From Acidobacteriota bacterium (lineage in GTDB: Bacteria > Acidobacteriota > Terriglobia > Acidiferrales > UBA7541), in the NCBI GenBank assembly GCA_003223255.1, contig QHYJ01000144.1, forward strand, positions 21,887 through 85,886: a stretch of DNA of 64,000 nt, in the 5' to 3' direction. Both the position numbers and the translations under genes were made by a program. Of the stretch, positions 1 through 8,383 are shown in pieces. Position 1 is the stretch's first letter. Every line of letters starts with the position of its first letter. The notes below the pieces were generated by a model. That model ran no database searches. It had not been told where the DNA came from and worked only from the letters and a program-made list of their open reading frames with translations.

Positions 1-772
1 AATCTCCCCGCTGGACCGTGACACGCGCGCTGAGATGGCCTTTTTTCGCAAGAAATTTCCTGACGCGCGCCGTGCCACGTTGCAAACGCGCCGAGGTGAC
101 GGCCTGGCCCGTCTTTATCTTGAACCGAGAGAGAATGCTGGCATCCTTGTACGCCGTATCATTCTTCAGTTGGATGCTTGTAACACGCGCCCGAGGACTC
201 GACTTCACGTGAACAACAATATCCATCTGGTGCGTCTCGGGGTGGGCGACCGCTTCGGCAGATGCCTTCGCCCGGTACAAACCCTCCTCGCGAAGCGTTT
301 CGCGCAAACGCTCCAGCGCCTCGTCCACAATCTGTTTTCGGTAAGTTTGCCCCAGGCCAATTTGCATGGCGGCCGCCGCAGAGGCTTCGCTGGGCGGCGG
401 CTCCAATCCTTCGAGGCGCACCACATTGACAAACAGGTTTTCCCGCGCCACGAAGTCTAGCCTCGCGCCATCGGTCACCGGCGCAACAACGGCCTGCAAA
501 TCTGCATAATCTCCGGTTCGATAGAGCGCCCGCAGGCTTTCCGCGACTTTTTGCCGATCCAGAGGCTTTCCGATCTCCACGGTGATGCCCGACGGTGATT
601 CCGCAAGGACCGTTCCGTCTTCTCGCACGATGCGAACGGCGACGAGCAGCGGCTCGGCCGCTACTTTTTCGGAAGCGGTCGCCTGCGGTGCTGGTTCCTG
701 TGGATGGATGGGCGCCGCTCCCATCAGGAGCGCGAGCGTGATAATCCCTGGCATCCTCTTGGCCCAGCGCAA
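1..772 (-). CDS. BamA/Omp85-family outer-membrane assembly protein, N-terminal part (signal peptide + POTRA repeats); gene runs off the left edge
   Basis: Hand translation of the minus strand; the frame is absent from the ORF track because it has no stop inside the window. From TTG 772: RWAKR-MPGIITLALLMGAAPIHPQEP...LLVAVRIVREDGTVL...VAESLRALYRTGDYADLQAVVAPV...LDFVARENLFVNVVRLEGL...ALERLRETLREEGLYRAKA...IVVHVKSSPRARVTSIQLKN...ARVRKFLAKKGHLSARVTVQ. A signal peptide is followed by repeated POTRA-like units. An AAGGAAGGA SD lies upstream of TTG 772; ATG 754 is the alternative start. Confidence 0.6.
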   Translation of the reverse strand, partial: MRWAKRMPGIITLALLMGAAPIHPQEPAPQATASEKVAAEPLLVAVRIVREDGTVLAESPSGITVEIGKPLDRQKVAESLRALYRTGDYADLQAVVAPVTDGARLDFVARENLFVNVVRLEGLEPPPSEASAAAAMQIGLGQTYRKQIVDEALERLRETLREEGLYRAKASAEAVAHPETHQMDIVVHVKSSPRARVTSIQLKNDTAYKDASILSRFKIKTGQAVTSARLQRGTARVRKFLAKKGHLSARVTVQRGD

Positions 773-852
773 ATCGCATCCTTCCTTTCGCTCAGACGAA
801 GCGTAGCATAGGGGCGTTGCCTCCCCGCTGCCCTTTGGCGCTATGATGTTAC

Positions 853-1923
853 TTGGCAGGCCTGTCTGTTTGGCCAGTCGGGACCGCACCATCCGTGAAC
901 GATTCTCACCAGGAAAAATACTCGCGCCAGATGCTGTTTGCCGGGATTGGCCCCGGGGGCCAGCGCCGCCTGCTCGCCTCACGCGCGACCATCGTTGGTT
1001 GCGGAGCCATCGGGGCGGCCGCCGCGAACCTTTTAGTTCGCGCAGGAGTAGGTTCCGTCAAAATCATTGACCGCGACTTCGTAGAGCCCTCCAATCTCCA
1101 CCGCCAGACGCTGTTCGACGAGTCCGACGCCTCCAAGGCACTGCCGAAGGCCATTGCCGCCGAGCACAAACTGCGGGCAATCAATTCCAGTGTCGAGGTG
1201 AAGGGCGTTATAGCCGATCTTAGTCCGCAAAATGCCGAGGAGCTTCTTTCTGGCTGCGACCTCATCCTCGACGGTACCGATAATTTTGAGACGCGCTTCC
1301 TGATCAATGATTTTGCCGTGAAGTCCGGTCAGCCGTGGATTTACGCCGCTGGGGTTGCCAGCTACGGCGTGACCATGACCATCCGGCCGGGACTCACGCC
1401 CTGCCTCGCCTGCCTTCTCGAATCCGGAACCCCCTTGCACTCCCTGGAAGAAACCTGCGACACCATCGGGGTGCTCGGGCCGATTGTGAATCTTATTGCT
1501 TCCTGGCAAGTCGCCGAAGGTTTGAAGATTTTGGCGGGCCACCCCGAGGCTCTTCATGGCCGGCTGCTCTCCGCCGATGTCTGGACTGGCCACATGCAGT
1601 CCATAGGCTTGGCCCGCAATCTCGCATGCCGGGCCTGCGCCAGGCACGAGTACCCCTATCTCGTAGGAGAGGCCCAGCCGCACATCACCCTCTGCGGCCG
1701 CGATTCGGTACAGATCCACGAGCGCAGCCGGGCCCTCAACCTTGCGGCGCTCGCCCTTCGCTTGCAGCCGGTGGTCGAGGATGTCCGCCAGAATGATTTC
1801 CTTATCCGCTTCCGCGTCGCGCCATATGAAATGACCGTTTTCGCGGATGGGCGCGCGATTCTTAAGGGCAGCAAAGACCCGGCGGTGGCGCGCTCGCTCT
1901 ACGCGCGCTACTTAGGCGCTTAA
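853..1923 (+). CDS. thiF: ThiF/MoeB-family E1-like adenylyltransferase (long Bacillus-type ThiF)
   Basis: 356-aa ORF. KYSRQMLFAGIGPGGQRRLLASRATIVGCGAIGAAAANLLVRAGVGSVKIIDRDFVEPSNLHRQ is the E1 nucleotide-binding fold. Also NFETRFLIND, the TPCLAC CxxC, and a C-terminal YEMTVFADGRAILKGSKDPAVARSLYARYLG like long ThiF proteins. The start may be GTG 895. Confidence 0.8.
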   Translation: MAGLSVWPVGTAPSVNDSHQEKYSRQMLFAGIGPGGQRRLLASRATIVGCGAIGAAAANLLVRAGVGSVKIIDRDFVEPSNLHRQTLFDESDASKALPKAIAAEHKLRAINSSVEVKGVIADLSPQNAEELLSGCDLILDGTDNFETRFLINDFAVKSGQPWIYAAGVASYGVTMTIRPGLTPCLACLLESGTPLHSLEETCDTIGVLGPIVNLIASWQVAEGLKILAGHPEALHGRLLSADVWTGHMQSIGLARNLACRACARHEYPYLVGEAQPHITLCGRDSVQIHERSRALNLAALALRLQPVVEDVRQNDFLIRFRVAPYEMTVFADGRAILKGSKDPAVARSLYARYLGA

Positions 1924-1951
1924 AACCTTTTTTCTCCAGCGGGGCGTGAAC

Positions 1952-2299
1952 TTAGCGAGGATGATTGGAGCGACCGAACGAGCTTCGCATGCTCGCGCGA
2001 TCCAGGTTTTCACGCAGGTTCATGAGCGTCAGAAAAGTGCTTAGAATCCGCGCCTTCAAATCATCGGTCAAGTGCAGTCCGCTCGTCGCCACCCGTGCCA
2101 GTCGCTCGCCGTGCTCGGTAATAAAGCGCATGATTTCCCGTTGGCGCTCCGGAGGCGTATTGCCCAGCGCCGTTTCGCGGCGCATTTCGCCGCAGCTGGT
2201 TTCCAGAGCCAGCGTGAAGTGCAGGACGCACAACTTCTGCTCGCCGAGTGCCGGAGGCGAGTCGTTCTTGCATCCTGTGATTTGGCAAGTGGTTCCCAT
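1952..2299 (-). CDS. hypothetical protein with N-terminal Cys/His cluster
   Basis: 115-aa ORF: MGTTCQITGCKND...QKLCVLHF followed by a helical region. No family recognised. A Cys-rich out-of-frame ORF directly upstream (frame of 2068-2463) could mean the original gene was longer and is now frameshifted. Confidence 0.45.
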   Translation of the reverse strand: MGTTCQITGCKNDSPPALGEQKLCVLHFTLALETSCGEMRRETALGNTPPERQREIMRFITEHGERLARVATSGLHLTDDLKARILSTFLTLMNLRENLDRASMRSSFGRSNHPR

Positions 2300-2514
2300 G
2301 GGGCCCGAGGCGCACGACGATAATTAACATTCCCCGCCCCGAAAATCCAGTGGCCATCGGGGCAGATGCGCCGAATCTTACATCGGCAGGTGAACTGGCA
2401 GGGCCACAAGAAATTTGCCAGGGTAGATTTGTCCTGGCATTTAAGACCATAAGACTTAAACAATTGTAGTTTGTACTGGACTTTTCTGTTCCCCTCCTAT
2501 ATGCTCACGGCGAA

Positions 2515-2883
2515 ATGCATCCTGAGAAAGTCGATTCGGCTTGGCGTCCCGAACTGAGCGAGATGGTCGTGCGGCTGGAACTGCACCTGGTGAAGACCCA
2601 AGAAGGATACAAACAGGCTTCGGTTTTGCCGGAAGAGCCCACTCCTTTGCCTTCGCTGGCCCGGGCGCTGGCTGAGTTTCTGCTGGACTTCCGTCCCGCG
2701 GAGAATCTTCTCGTGCTGAAAACTCCGCCCAGCGGCGCGCAACCTCTGGCCGCCGCCGTCGATGCCGCTAAATTCACGGAAATCGCCGGAACCATTGCCG
2801 GGGACGACACCATCCTGATCATTACGCCCAATAAGAAGACTCGCGAGTCCCTCCAAAGGAAGCTGGAAGCCCTGGTCAAATGA
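2515..2883 (+). CDS. argR: arginine repressor ArgR, apparently lacking most of the N-terminal winged-helix DNA-binding domain
   Basis: 122-aa ORF. The C-terminal two thirds match the ArgR oligomerisation/arginine-binding domain (ENLLVLKTPPSGAQPLAAAVDAAKFTEIAGTIAGDDTILIITP, the GTIAGDDT signature). Only the wing-like ELHLVKTQEGYK remains of the wHTH. An in-frame TAG at 2467 prevents upstream extension. The stop overlaps the argC start (ATGA). Confidence 0.75.
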   Translation: MHPEKVDSAWRPELSEMVVRLELHLVKTQEGYKQASVLPEEPTPLPSLARALAEFLLDFRPAENLLVLKTPPSGAQPLAAAVDAAKFTEIAGTIAGDDTILIITPNKKTRESLQRKLEALVK

Positions 2884-3911
2884 GGGACCCTCGACAAATC
2901 GCGGTTGTAGGCGTCGCAGGCTACAGCGGCCTGGAACTGGCGCGCATCTTGCTGCGCCACCCCGCGCTGCAGACCCCGGTTTTTTATGTTCGGGATGCAA
3001 ACGGCACGAAATGCCTGTCCGAACGCTTTCCCCAGTTCCGCGGTTGGGGCGAAGCGCCTCTGCGGCTCCTCTCGGTCGAAGCCATCACTTCGAGCGGCGC
3101 GGGCATAGCGTTCCTTGCCACCCCGCATGAAGCCTCTGCTGAGTTGGCGCCGCCCTTGCTGCAGGCGGGGTTGCGCGTCGTCGATTTGAGCGGCGCGTTT
3201 CGCTTCCGTGGAGCGGAGACGTTCACTTCCTGGTATAAGCTGCCTGCTCCCCATGCGGAGTGGCTGAGCGAAGCCGCTTATGGCATCCCTGAGCTCTATT
3301 GCGAGGAAATCGCGGCGGCGCGGCTGGTTGCTAATCCCGGCTGCTATGCCACGAGCGTCATTTTGGCGCTGCGGCCGCTCACGGACGCCGGCTGGATCGC
3401 GCCGAACACCTCGGTCGTTTGCGACTGCAAATCGGGGGCCAGCGGAGCCGGCAAAGATCCCCGGCGCGATTTGCACTTTGTGGAAGTAGACCAGAATTTT
3501 AAGGCTTACGGCGTTTTCACGCATCGCCACACGCCGGAAATCCTTGAACATACCGGCTTGAGCGAGTCGCAGGTGGTCTTCTCGACACACTTGTTGCCGC
3601 TCGCGCGCGGAATTCTTTCCACCATTTACGTCACGCTCAAGCAGCCACGAACTGTTGCCGAAGTCGAAGAACTCTTTCGGCGGTTCTACGCCGGACGGCC
3701 CATGGTACGCATTTGGCCTGCCGGCACGCTGCCCGAGTTGCAGCACGTCGCGCATACGAATTTTTGCGATATCGGCTTTGCTCTGGATTCTTCTGGCCGC
3801 CGCTTGGTTCTGGTCTCCTGTCTCGACAATCTCGGGAAGGGCGCAGCCGGCCAGGCGGTCCAGAATTTGAACCATATGCTAGGCATCGAGGAGCAGACTT
3901 CACTTCAATGA
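2880..3911 (+). CDS. argC: N-acetyl-gamma-glutamyl-phosphate reductase
   Basis: 343 aa. IAVVGVAGYSGLELARILLRHP, the NPGCYATSVILALRPL active-site Cys motif, and LDNLGKGAAGQAVQNLN. Confidence 0.95.
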   Translation: MRDPRQIAVVGVAGYSGLELARILLRHPALQTPVFYVRDANGTKCLSERFPQFRGWGEAPLRLLSVEAITSSGAGIAFLATPHEASAELAPPLLQAGLRVVDLSGAFRFRGAETFTSWYKLPAPHAEWLSEAAYGIPELYCEEIAAARLVANPGCYATSVILALRPLTDAGWIAPNTSVVCDCKSGASGAGKDPRRDLHFVEVDQNFKAYGVFTHRHTPEILEHTGLSESQVVFSTHLLPLARGILSTIYVTLKQPRTVAEVEELFRRFYAGRPMVRIWPAGTLPELQHVAHTNFCDIGFALDSSGRRLVLVSCLDNLGKGAAGQAVQNLNHMLGIEEQTSLQ

Positions 3912-4741
3912 GAACGGTAATCAAATTCGCGGGAGCGTTGCTGGAAGATGATGCCACGGTGCGCAACCTGGCTCGTCAGGTTGCAGCACTGGCTCGAGAA
4001 GGCCACGAAATTCTCGTGGTGCACGGCGGCGGGAAACTTTTCACCGCCACTCTCAAGCGCATGGCTATCGAAAGCAAATTCATTGGCGGCCTGCGCGTGA
4101 CGGATCGCGAAACGCGCGATGCAGCGATCATGGTATTCGCCGGCTTGCTGAACAAAAAACTTGCGGCTGCGATTTCCGCGGAAGGCCAGCCCACCGTCGG
4201 AATTTCCGCCGCGGACTCTCGTTGTTTTCTCGCTGAACCCATGGTGCACAACGAAGTGGAAGGGGGGCTCGGCTACGTCGGCTATCTCACCGCCTTGAAT
4301 CTGCCCTTTATCGAGTCGCTTTGGCGTGAAGGGCTCCTGCCCGTAGCCCCTTGCCTGGGAATCGGCTTGGACAACGAAATCTACAACATCAATGCCGATC
4401 ATATGGCTGCAGCGTGCGCGGAGTTCCTCAACGCCGACCAATTGATCTATCTCACGGACGTCGCGGGCGTCCTTGACGGCGAGAAAGTTCTCTCCGTGGT
4501 TGCCTGCCAGGAGATCGACCGCCTGGTGCTGTCGCGCGTCGTTTCCGGAGGCATGGTTTTGAAGTTGGAAGCCGCCAAGCGCGCCATCGAAGGCGGAGTG
4601 CGCCAGGTTCGGATTGTGGGGGGCACGGCCCCGAAGGCCTTGTTGCTTGCCGCGCATCCCAAAGAACTTGCTTCGGTTCCCGGTACTCGCGTGCTGCGGC
4701 ATCTCCATTCCGCCACGCAAACGGCTTTCACGGCTGCATGA
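3908..4741 (+). CDS. argB: acetylglutamate kinase
   Basis: In-frame ATG 3908 overlaps the argC stop (ATGA). MRTVIKFAGALLED, ILVVHGGG, YNINADH. The ORF-track start at 3713 lies inside argC and reads as non-protein-like sequence, so I rejected it. Confidence 0.9.
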   Translation: MRTVIKFAGALLEDDATVRNLARQVAALAREGHEILVVHGGGKLFTATLKRMAIESKFIGGLRVTDRETRDAAIMVFAGLLNKKLAAAISAEGQPTVGISAADSRCFLAEPMVHNEVEGGLGYVGYLTALNLPFIESLWREGLLPVAPCLGIGLDNEIYNINADHMAAACAEFLNADQLIYLTDVAGVLDGEKVLSVVACQEIDRLVLSRVVSGGMVLKLEAAKRAIEGGVRQVRIVGGTAPKALLLAAHPKELASVPGTRVLRHLHSATQTAFTAA

Positions 4742-6096
4742 TGCGCAACTCATCCAAGAAAAGACCGAAAGCACAACCGCCGCGGAAAGCCAAGAAATTG
4801 TCGGCACCCCTTTCCAAGCCGGACGTGCGCCTGTTGGACGCCGAGAAGTTTCTGCTGCCCACCTACAAGCGCCAGCCTGTAATCATGTCTCACGGACGTG
4901 GCGCTTATGTTTTTGACTCCACCGGCAAAAAGTATCTCGATTTTCTTGGGGGCATCGCCGTCAATGCCCTCGGCCACGCCCATCCACGCATCGTCAAAGT
5001 GATTCGCCGCGAGGCCGCGCGCGCGATTCATCTCTCGAACTTCTACCACAACGAGTTTCAAGGCCCGCTGGCGCGCAAGCTCACCGAGTGGTCCGGTCTA
5101 GATCGCGTGTTCTTCGCCAATAGCGGCACCGAAGCGATTGATGGAGCAATGAAGCTGGCGCGGCTTCTCGGCCGCAAGCCCGAAGAAGAACCGGCCGGAG
5201 CACCCGCAAAAAAGCATCGCTTCCTCGCGCTGGAAAATTCGTTTCATGGGCGCACTTTCGGCGCCATCAGCGTTACCGCTACAGAAAAATACCGCTTGCC
5301 CTTCGCGCCTGTCGTTCCGGGAGTCGAGTTTGTTCGCTTCAACGATGTTGCCGACCTTGAATCGAAGTTTGGCGACACCGTGTGCGCCATCCTGATCGAA
5401 ACGGTTCAGGGCGAGGGCGGCATCTATCCCGTTAGCGAAGCCTTCTGGAACCGTGCCAGGGCTCTAGCTACCCAACACGGCGCGCAGCTAATTGCCGACG
5501 AGATTCAGTGCGGCCTCGGCCGCACTGGCCGCTACTTTGCCTATCAAAAATTCCCTTCAAAGCCGGACATTGCTTTGATCGCCAAACCGCTGGCCGCCGG
5601 TTTGCCTCTTGGCGCTATTCTCACGACCGAAACCGTTGCCGCTCGCGTGTCCCCCGGCATGCACGGCACAACTTTTGGCGGCGGGCCGCTTGCTTGCGCC
5701 GTGGCCCTCGAATTTCTGAGCATCGTTGAAGAGGAACAGCTTCTTGAGAATATCCGCACGCGCAGCGCGGAACTGCGCGAAGGTCTCGCAGAGCTCGCTT
5801 CGCGATTCGACTTTATCCGCGAAATCCGTGGCGAAGGGCTGATGATCGGCATCGAGCTTTCCGTGGAAGGCGCGCCGTTTGTCGCTGAAGCCATGGAGCT
5901 CGGCTTGCTCATCAACTGCACGCACGACTTTACTCTTCGCTTCCTGCCGCCGTTTATTATCACGCGGGCCCAGGTGCGCGAATTCCTAAAACTCTTCGAA
6001 ATCGTTCTTGCCAAAACTCCAAAGCAGGCTTCTGCTTTGGATGCTGGTAAGTCTGCCATTCCGCAGGGCGCGGCGCATGTCGCCGCAAGAGGATAA
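4738..6096 (+). CDS. argD: acetylornithine aminotransferase
   Basis: Class-III aminotransferase motifs: LLPTYKRQPV, FANSGTEAIDGAMKLAR, ADEIQCGLGRTG, GTTFGG. ATG 4738 overlaps the argB stop but adds a Lys-rich 29-aa extension. GTG 4825 (VRLLDAEKFLLPTY) is a plausible alternative start. Confidence 0.9.
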   Translation: MMRNSSKKRPKAQPPRKAKKLSAPLSKPDVRLLDAEKFLLPTYKRQPVIMSHGRGAYVFDSTGKKYLDFLGGIAVNALGHAHPRIVKVIRREAARAIHLSNFYHNEFQGPLARKLTEWSGLDRVFFANSGTEAIDGAMKLARLLGRKPEEEPAGAPAKKHRFLALENSFHGRTFGAISVTATEKYRLPFAPVVPGVEFVRFNDVADLESKFGDTVCAILIETVQGEGGIYPVSEAFWNRARALATQHGAQLIADEIQCGLGRTGRYFAYQKFPSKPDIALIAKPLAAGLPLGAILTTETVAARVSPGMHGTTFGGGPLACAVALEFLSIVEEEQLLENIRTRSAELREGLAELASRFDFIREIRGEGLMIGIELSVEGAPFVAEAMELGLLINCTHDFTLRFLPPFIITRAQVREFLKLFEIVLAKTPKQASALDAGKSAIPQGAAHVAARG

Positions 6097-6101
6097 ACCG
6101 A

Positions 6102-7052
6102 ATGACTGCAACCCCACTCGTTGCTCCTATTTCCCTATCAACCGATCTCCTCACCGGAGCGGAATGGAGCCCCGCGCACACGCGCGAACTTCTTCACCTC
6201 TCGGCAGACATCAAGGCGCGGCCCGTTCGTTATGCCTCCACGCTGCACGGCAAGTTCATTGCCTTGATTTTCGAGAAGCCCTCGCTGCGCACGCGCGTCA
6301 CGTTCGACGTCGGCATCCAGAGCATGGGCGGTGCCGTAGTCTTCCTCGACCACACGCAGGCTTCTGCCTCGCTCGGCAAGCGCGAGTCCATCGCCGACGT
6401 GGCGCGCAACCTCGACCGCTGGGTCCACGGCATCGTGGCCCGCGTCTATTCGCAAAAAGTGCTGGAAGAAATGGCCGCAAATGCCAGCATTCCCGTGATC
6501 AACGCGCTTTCCGACAAGTTTCATCCGTGCCAGGCACTGGCGGATTTCTTCACCCTCGAAGAACGCTTTGGCGCTTTGCGCGGCTTCAAGCTGACGTATG
6601 TAGGCGACGGCAACAATGTTTGCCACTCCTTGATGTATCTTGCCGCGCGCCTAGGCGTTCATTTCCGCGTGGCCACGCCGCCGAATTACGCGCCTGACCC
6701 TCAGGTAGTATCCGACAGCAAGCGCGTGGCGCGTGAGACGAAGGCGAAAATCGAGATCATGCACGACGCGCGTGAAGCCGTCGCCGGTGCCATGGCCGTC
6801 TACACCGACGCTTGGACTAGCATGGGCTTTGAAGCCGAAGAGGAAGTTCGCGCCAAGATTTTTCAGCCTTACCAGGTCAACAGCGAACTGCTGTCGCTCG
6901 CTTCTCCGGACGCTGTGTTCATGCACTGCCTTCCGGCGCATCGCGGCCTCGAGGTTGCTCCGGAAGTGCTGGACGGCTCGCAATCCGTCGTCCTCGACCA
7001 ATCCGAAAACCGCATGTATGTGCAGAAAGCCATTCTGCACACTTTGTTCTGA
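6102..7052 (+). CDS. argF: ornithine carbamoyltransferase
   Basis: 316 aa. FEKPSLRTRVTFD, HPCQALADF, HCLPAHRGLEV. Confidence 0.95.
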   Translation: MTATPLVAPISLSTDLLTGAEWSPAHTRELLHLSADIKARPVRYASTLHGKFIALIFEKPSLRTRVTFDVGIQSMGGAVVFLDHTQASASLGKRESIADVARNLDRWVHGIVARVYSQKVLEEMAANASIPVINALSDKFHPCQALADFFTLEERFGALRGFKLTYVGDGNNVCHSLMYLAARLGVHFRVATPPNYAPDPQVVSDSKRVARETKAKIEIMHDAREAVAGAMAVYTDAWTSMGFEAEEEVRAKIFQPYQVNSELLSLASPDAVFMHCLPAHRGLEVAPEVLDGSQSVVLDQSENRMYVQKAILHTLF

Positions 7053-7160
7053 CATGGAAATGCGCTCGGACGTTTCGGATCGAACTATCTTTGATTTTCT
7101 TTGTGGGAGCGCAGCAATGCTGCGCCCTATCTTGGCAACCACCATCGCAAGTGAGGAATC

Positions 7161-8326
7161 GTGAACCAGCAACAAAACAGAACGAAAAAAGTCGTGCTCG
7201 CGTATTCCGGAGGCCTGGACACCTCCATCATCATTCCCTGGCTCAAGGAAAATTACGGCTGCGAAGTCATCGCTGTGATTGGTGACGTCGGCCAGCGGGA
7301 GGATCTCGAGGCTGCGCGCAAGAAGGCGCTTGCTACCGGGGCGTCCTCTGCTTTCGTCGAAGATCTTCGCGAAGAATTTGTTCGCGATTACATCTGGCCG
7401 ACGTTGCGCGCCGGGGCCATTTATGAACACACCTACCTGCTCGGCACTTCCATGGCCCGGCCGGTGATCGCCAAGCGCCAGGCGGAAATCGCCCTCAAGC
7501 TGGGTGCCGACGGCCTTTCCCACGGCTGCACCGGCAAAGGCAACGACCAGGTGCGGTTCGAGTTGGCGTACAAAGCCATCGCGCCCAACGTGCAGATCAT
7601 CGCCCCTTGGCGAGAGTGGGACATCCATTCGCGCGAGGACGCTATCGCTTACGCCCAAAAGCACAACGTTCCCGTCGAGCAGAGCAAGAGAAATATTTAC
7701 AGCCGCGACCGCAACATCTGGCATCTCAGCCACGAAGGCGGCGAGCTAGAAGATCCCGCCAACGCGCCGGAAGAGGCCATGTGGCAGTGGGTGGTTTCTC
7801 CGGAAAAGGCTCCGGACAAGCCTGAGGAGGTAGAGATCGCATTTGAGTCCGGCACTCCCGTCTCCGTCAACGGTACAAAACTCGGCCCCGTCGATCTTTT
7901 GAACAAGCTCAATGAAATTGCGGCAAAGCATGGCATCGGCCGCACCGACCTCGTCGAGAATCGCCTCGTCGGCATGAAATCGCGCGGTGCCTACGAAACT
8001 CCGGGCGGAACGCTGCTGGTGAAAGCGCACCAGGAGCTTGAACGCCTCACCGTGGACCGCGAGACCGCGCACTTCCAGCAGGCGCTCTCGAATCGCTACG
8101 CCGAGCTGGTTTACTACGGCTTGTGGTTCTCGCCGTTGCGCGAGGCGCTCGACGGCTTCTTCGATGTTGCCCAGCAGCGCGTCACCGGGGCCGTGGGCTT
8201 TATCGCGCGTACCTAGCGAGTTTTACCATTGGCCGCTTCAACCCCAAGGACGCCGAGGGCTTCATCAATCTGTTTGCCTTGCCTGTTACCGTTCGTCCCA
8301 AGGCCAAGGCCGGCACTCAGTCGTAA
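7161..8326 (+). pseudogene. argG: argininosuccinate synthase with an out-of-frame deletion near the 3' end
   Basis: Frame 1 (7161-8216) begins [22 protein letters not shown] and ends ...[15 protein letters not shown]. The conserved C-terminus [37 protein letters not shown] continues in another frame to the stop at 8326. About 15-20 residues expected between VTG.V and SLY (the RLKLYKGN..GR.S region) are missing. The junction is near 8195-8198. Confidence 0.8.
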
Positions 8327-8330
8327 ATTT

Positions 8331-8368
8331 GTCATTTCGAGCGAAGCGAGAAATCTCTCTTCGATGAG
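8331..8368. repeat. copy of a short dispersed repeat (GTCATTYCGAGCG..GCGAG.AATC)
   Basis: GTCATTTCGAGCGAAGCGAGAAATCTCTCTTCG lies in the argG-argH spacer. Related copies occur at 56699-56734 and 57234-57280. Confidence 0.5.
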
Positions 8369-8383
8369 CCGATAAGCAGACAG

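Noticed and set aside
780-895. TPP riboswitch upstream of thiF.
   Set aside because: No CTGAGA / ACCTGATCTGGATAATGCCAGCG-type conserved elements are present.
2505-3875. 456-aa minus-strand ORF. There are similar long antisense ORFs at 6651-7733, 13804-15213, 16862-17848, 26871-27743, 29787-31031, 41932-43095, 46682-47728, 57566-58624 and 61353-62132.
   Set aside because: Each lies exactly opposite a gene with unambiguous family motifs. Their translations are Arg/Gly/Ala/His-rich with no motifs. They are typical shadow ORFs of GC-rich DNA.
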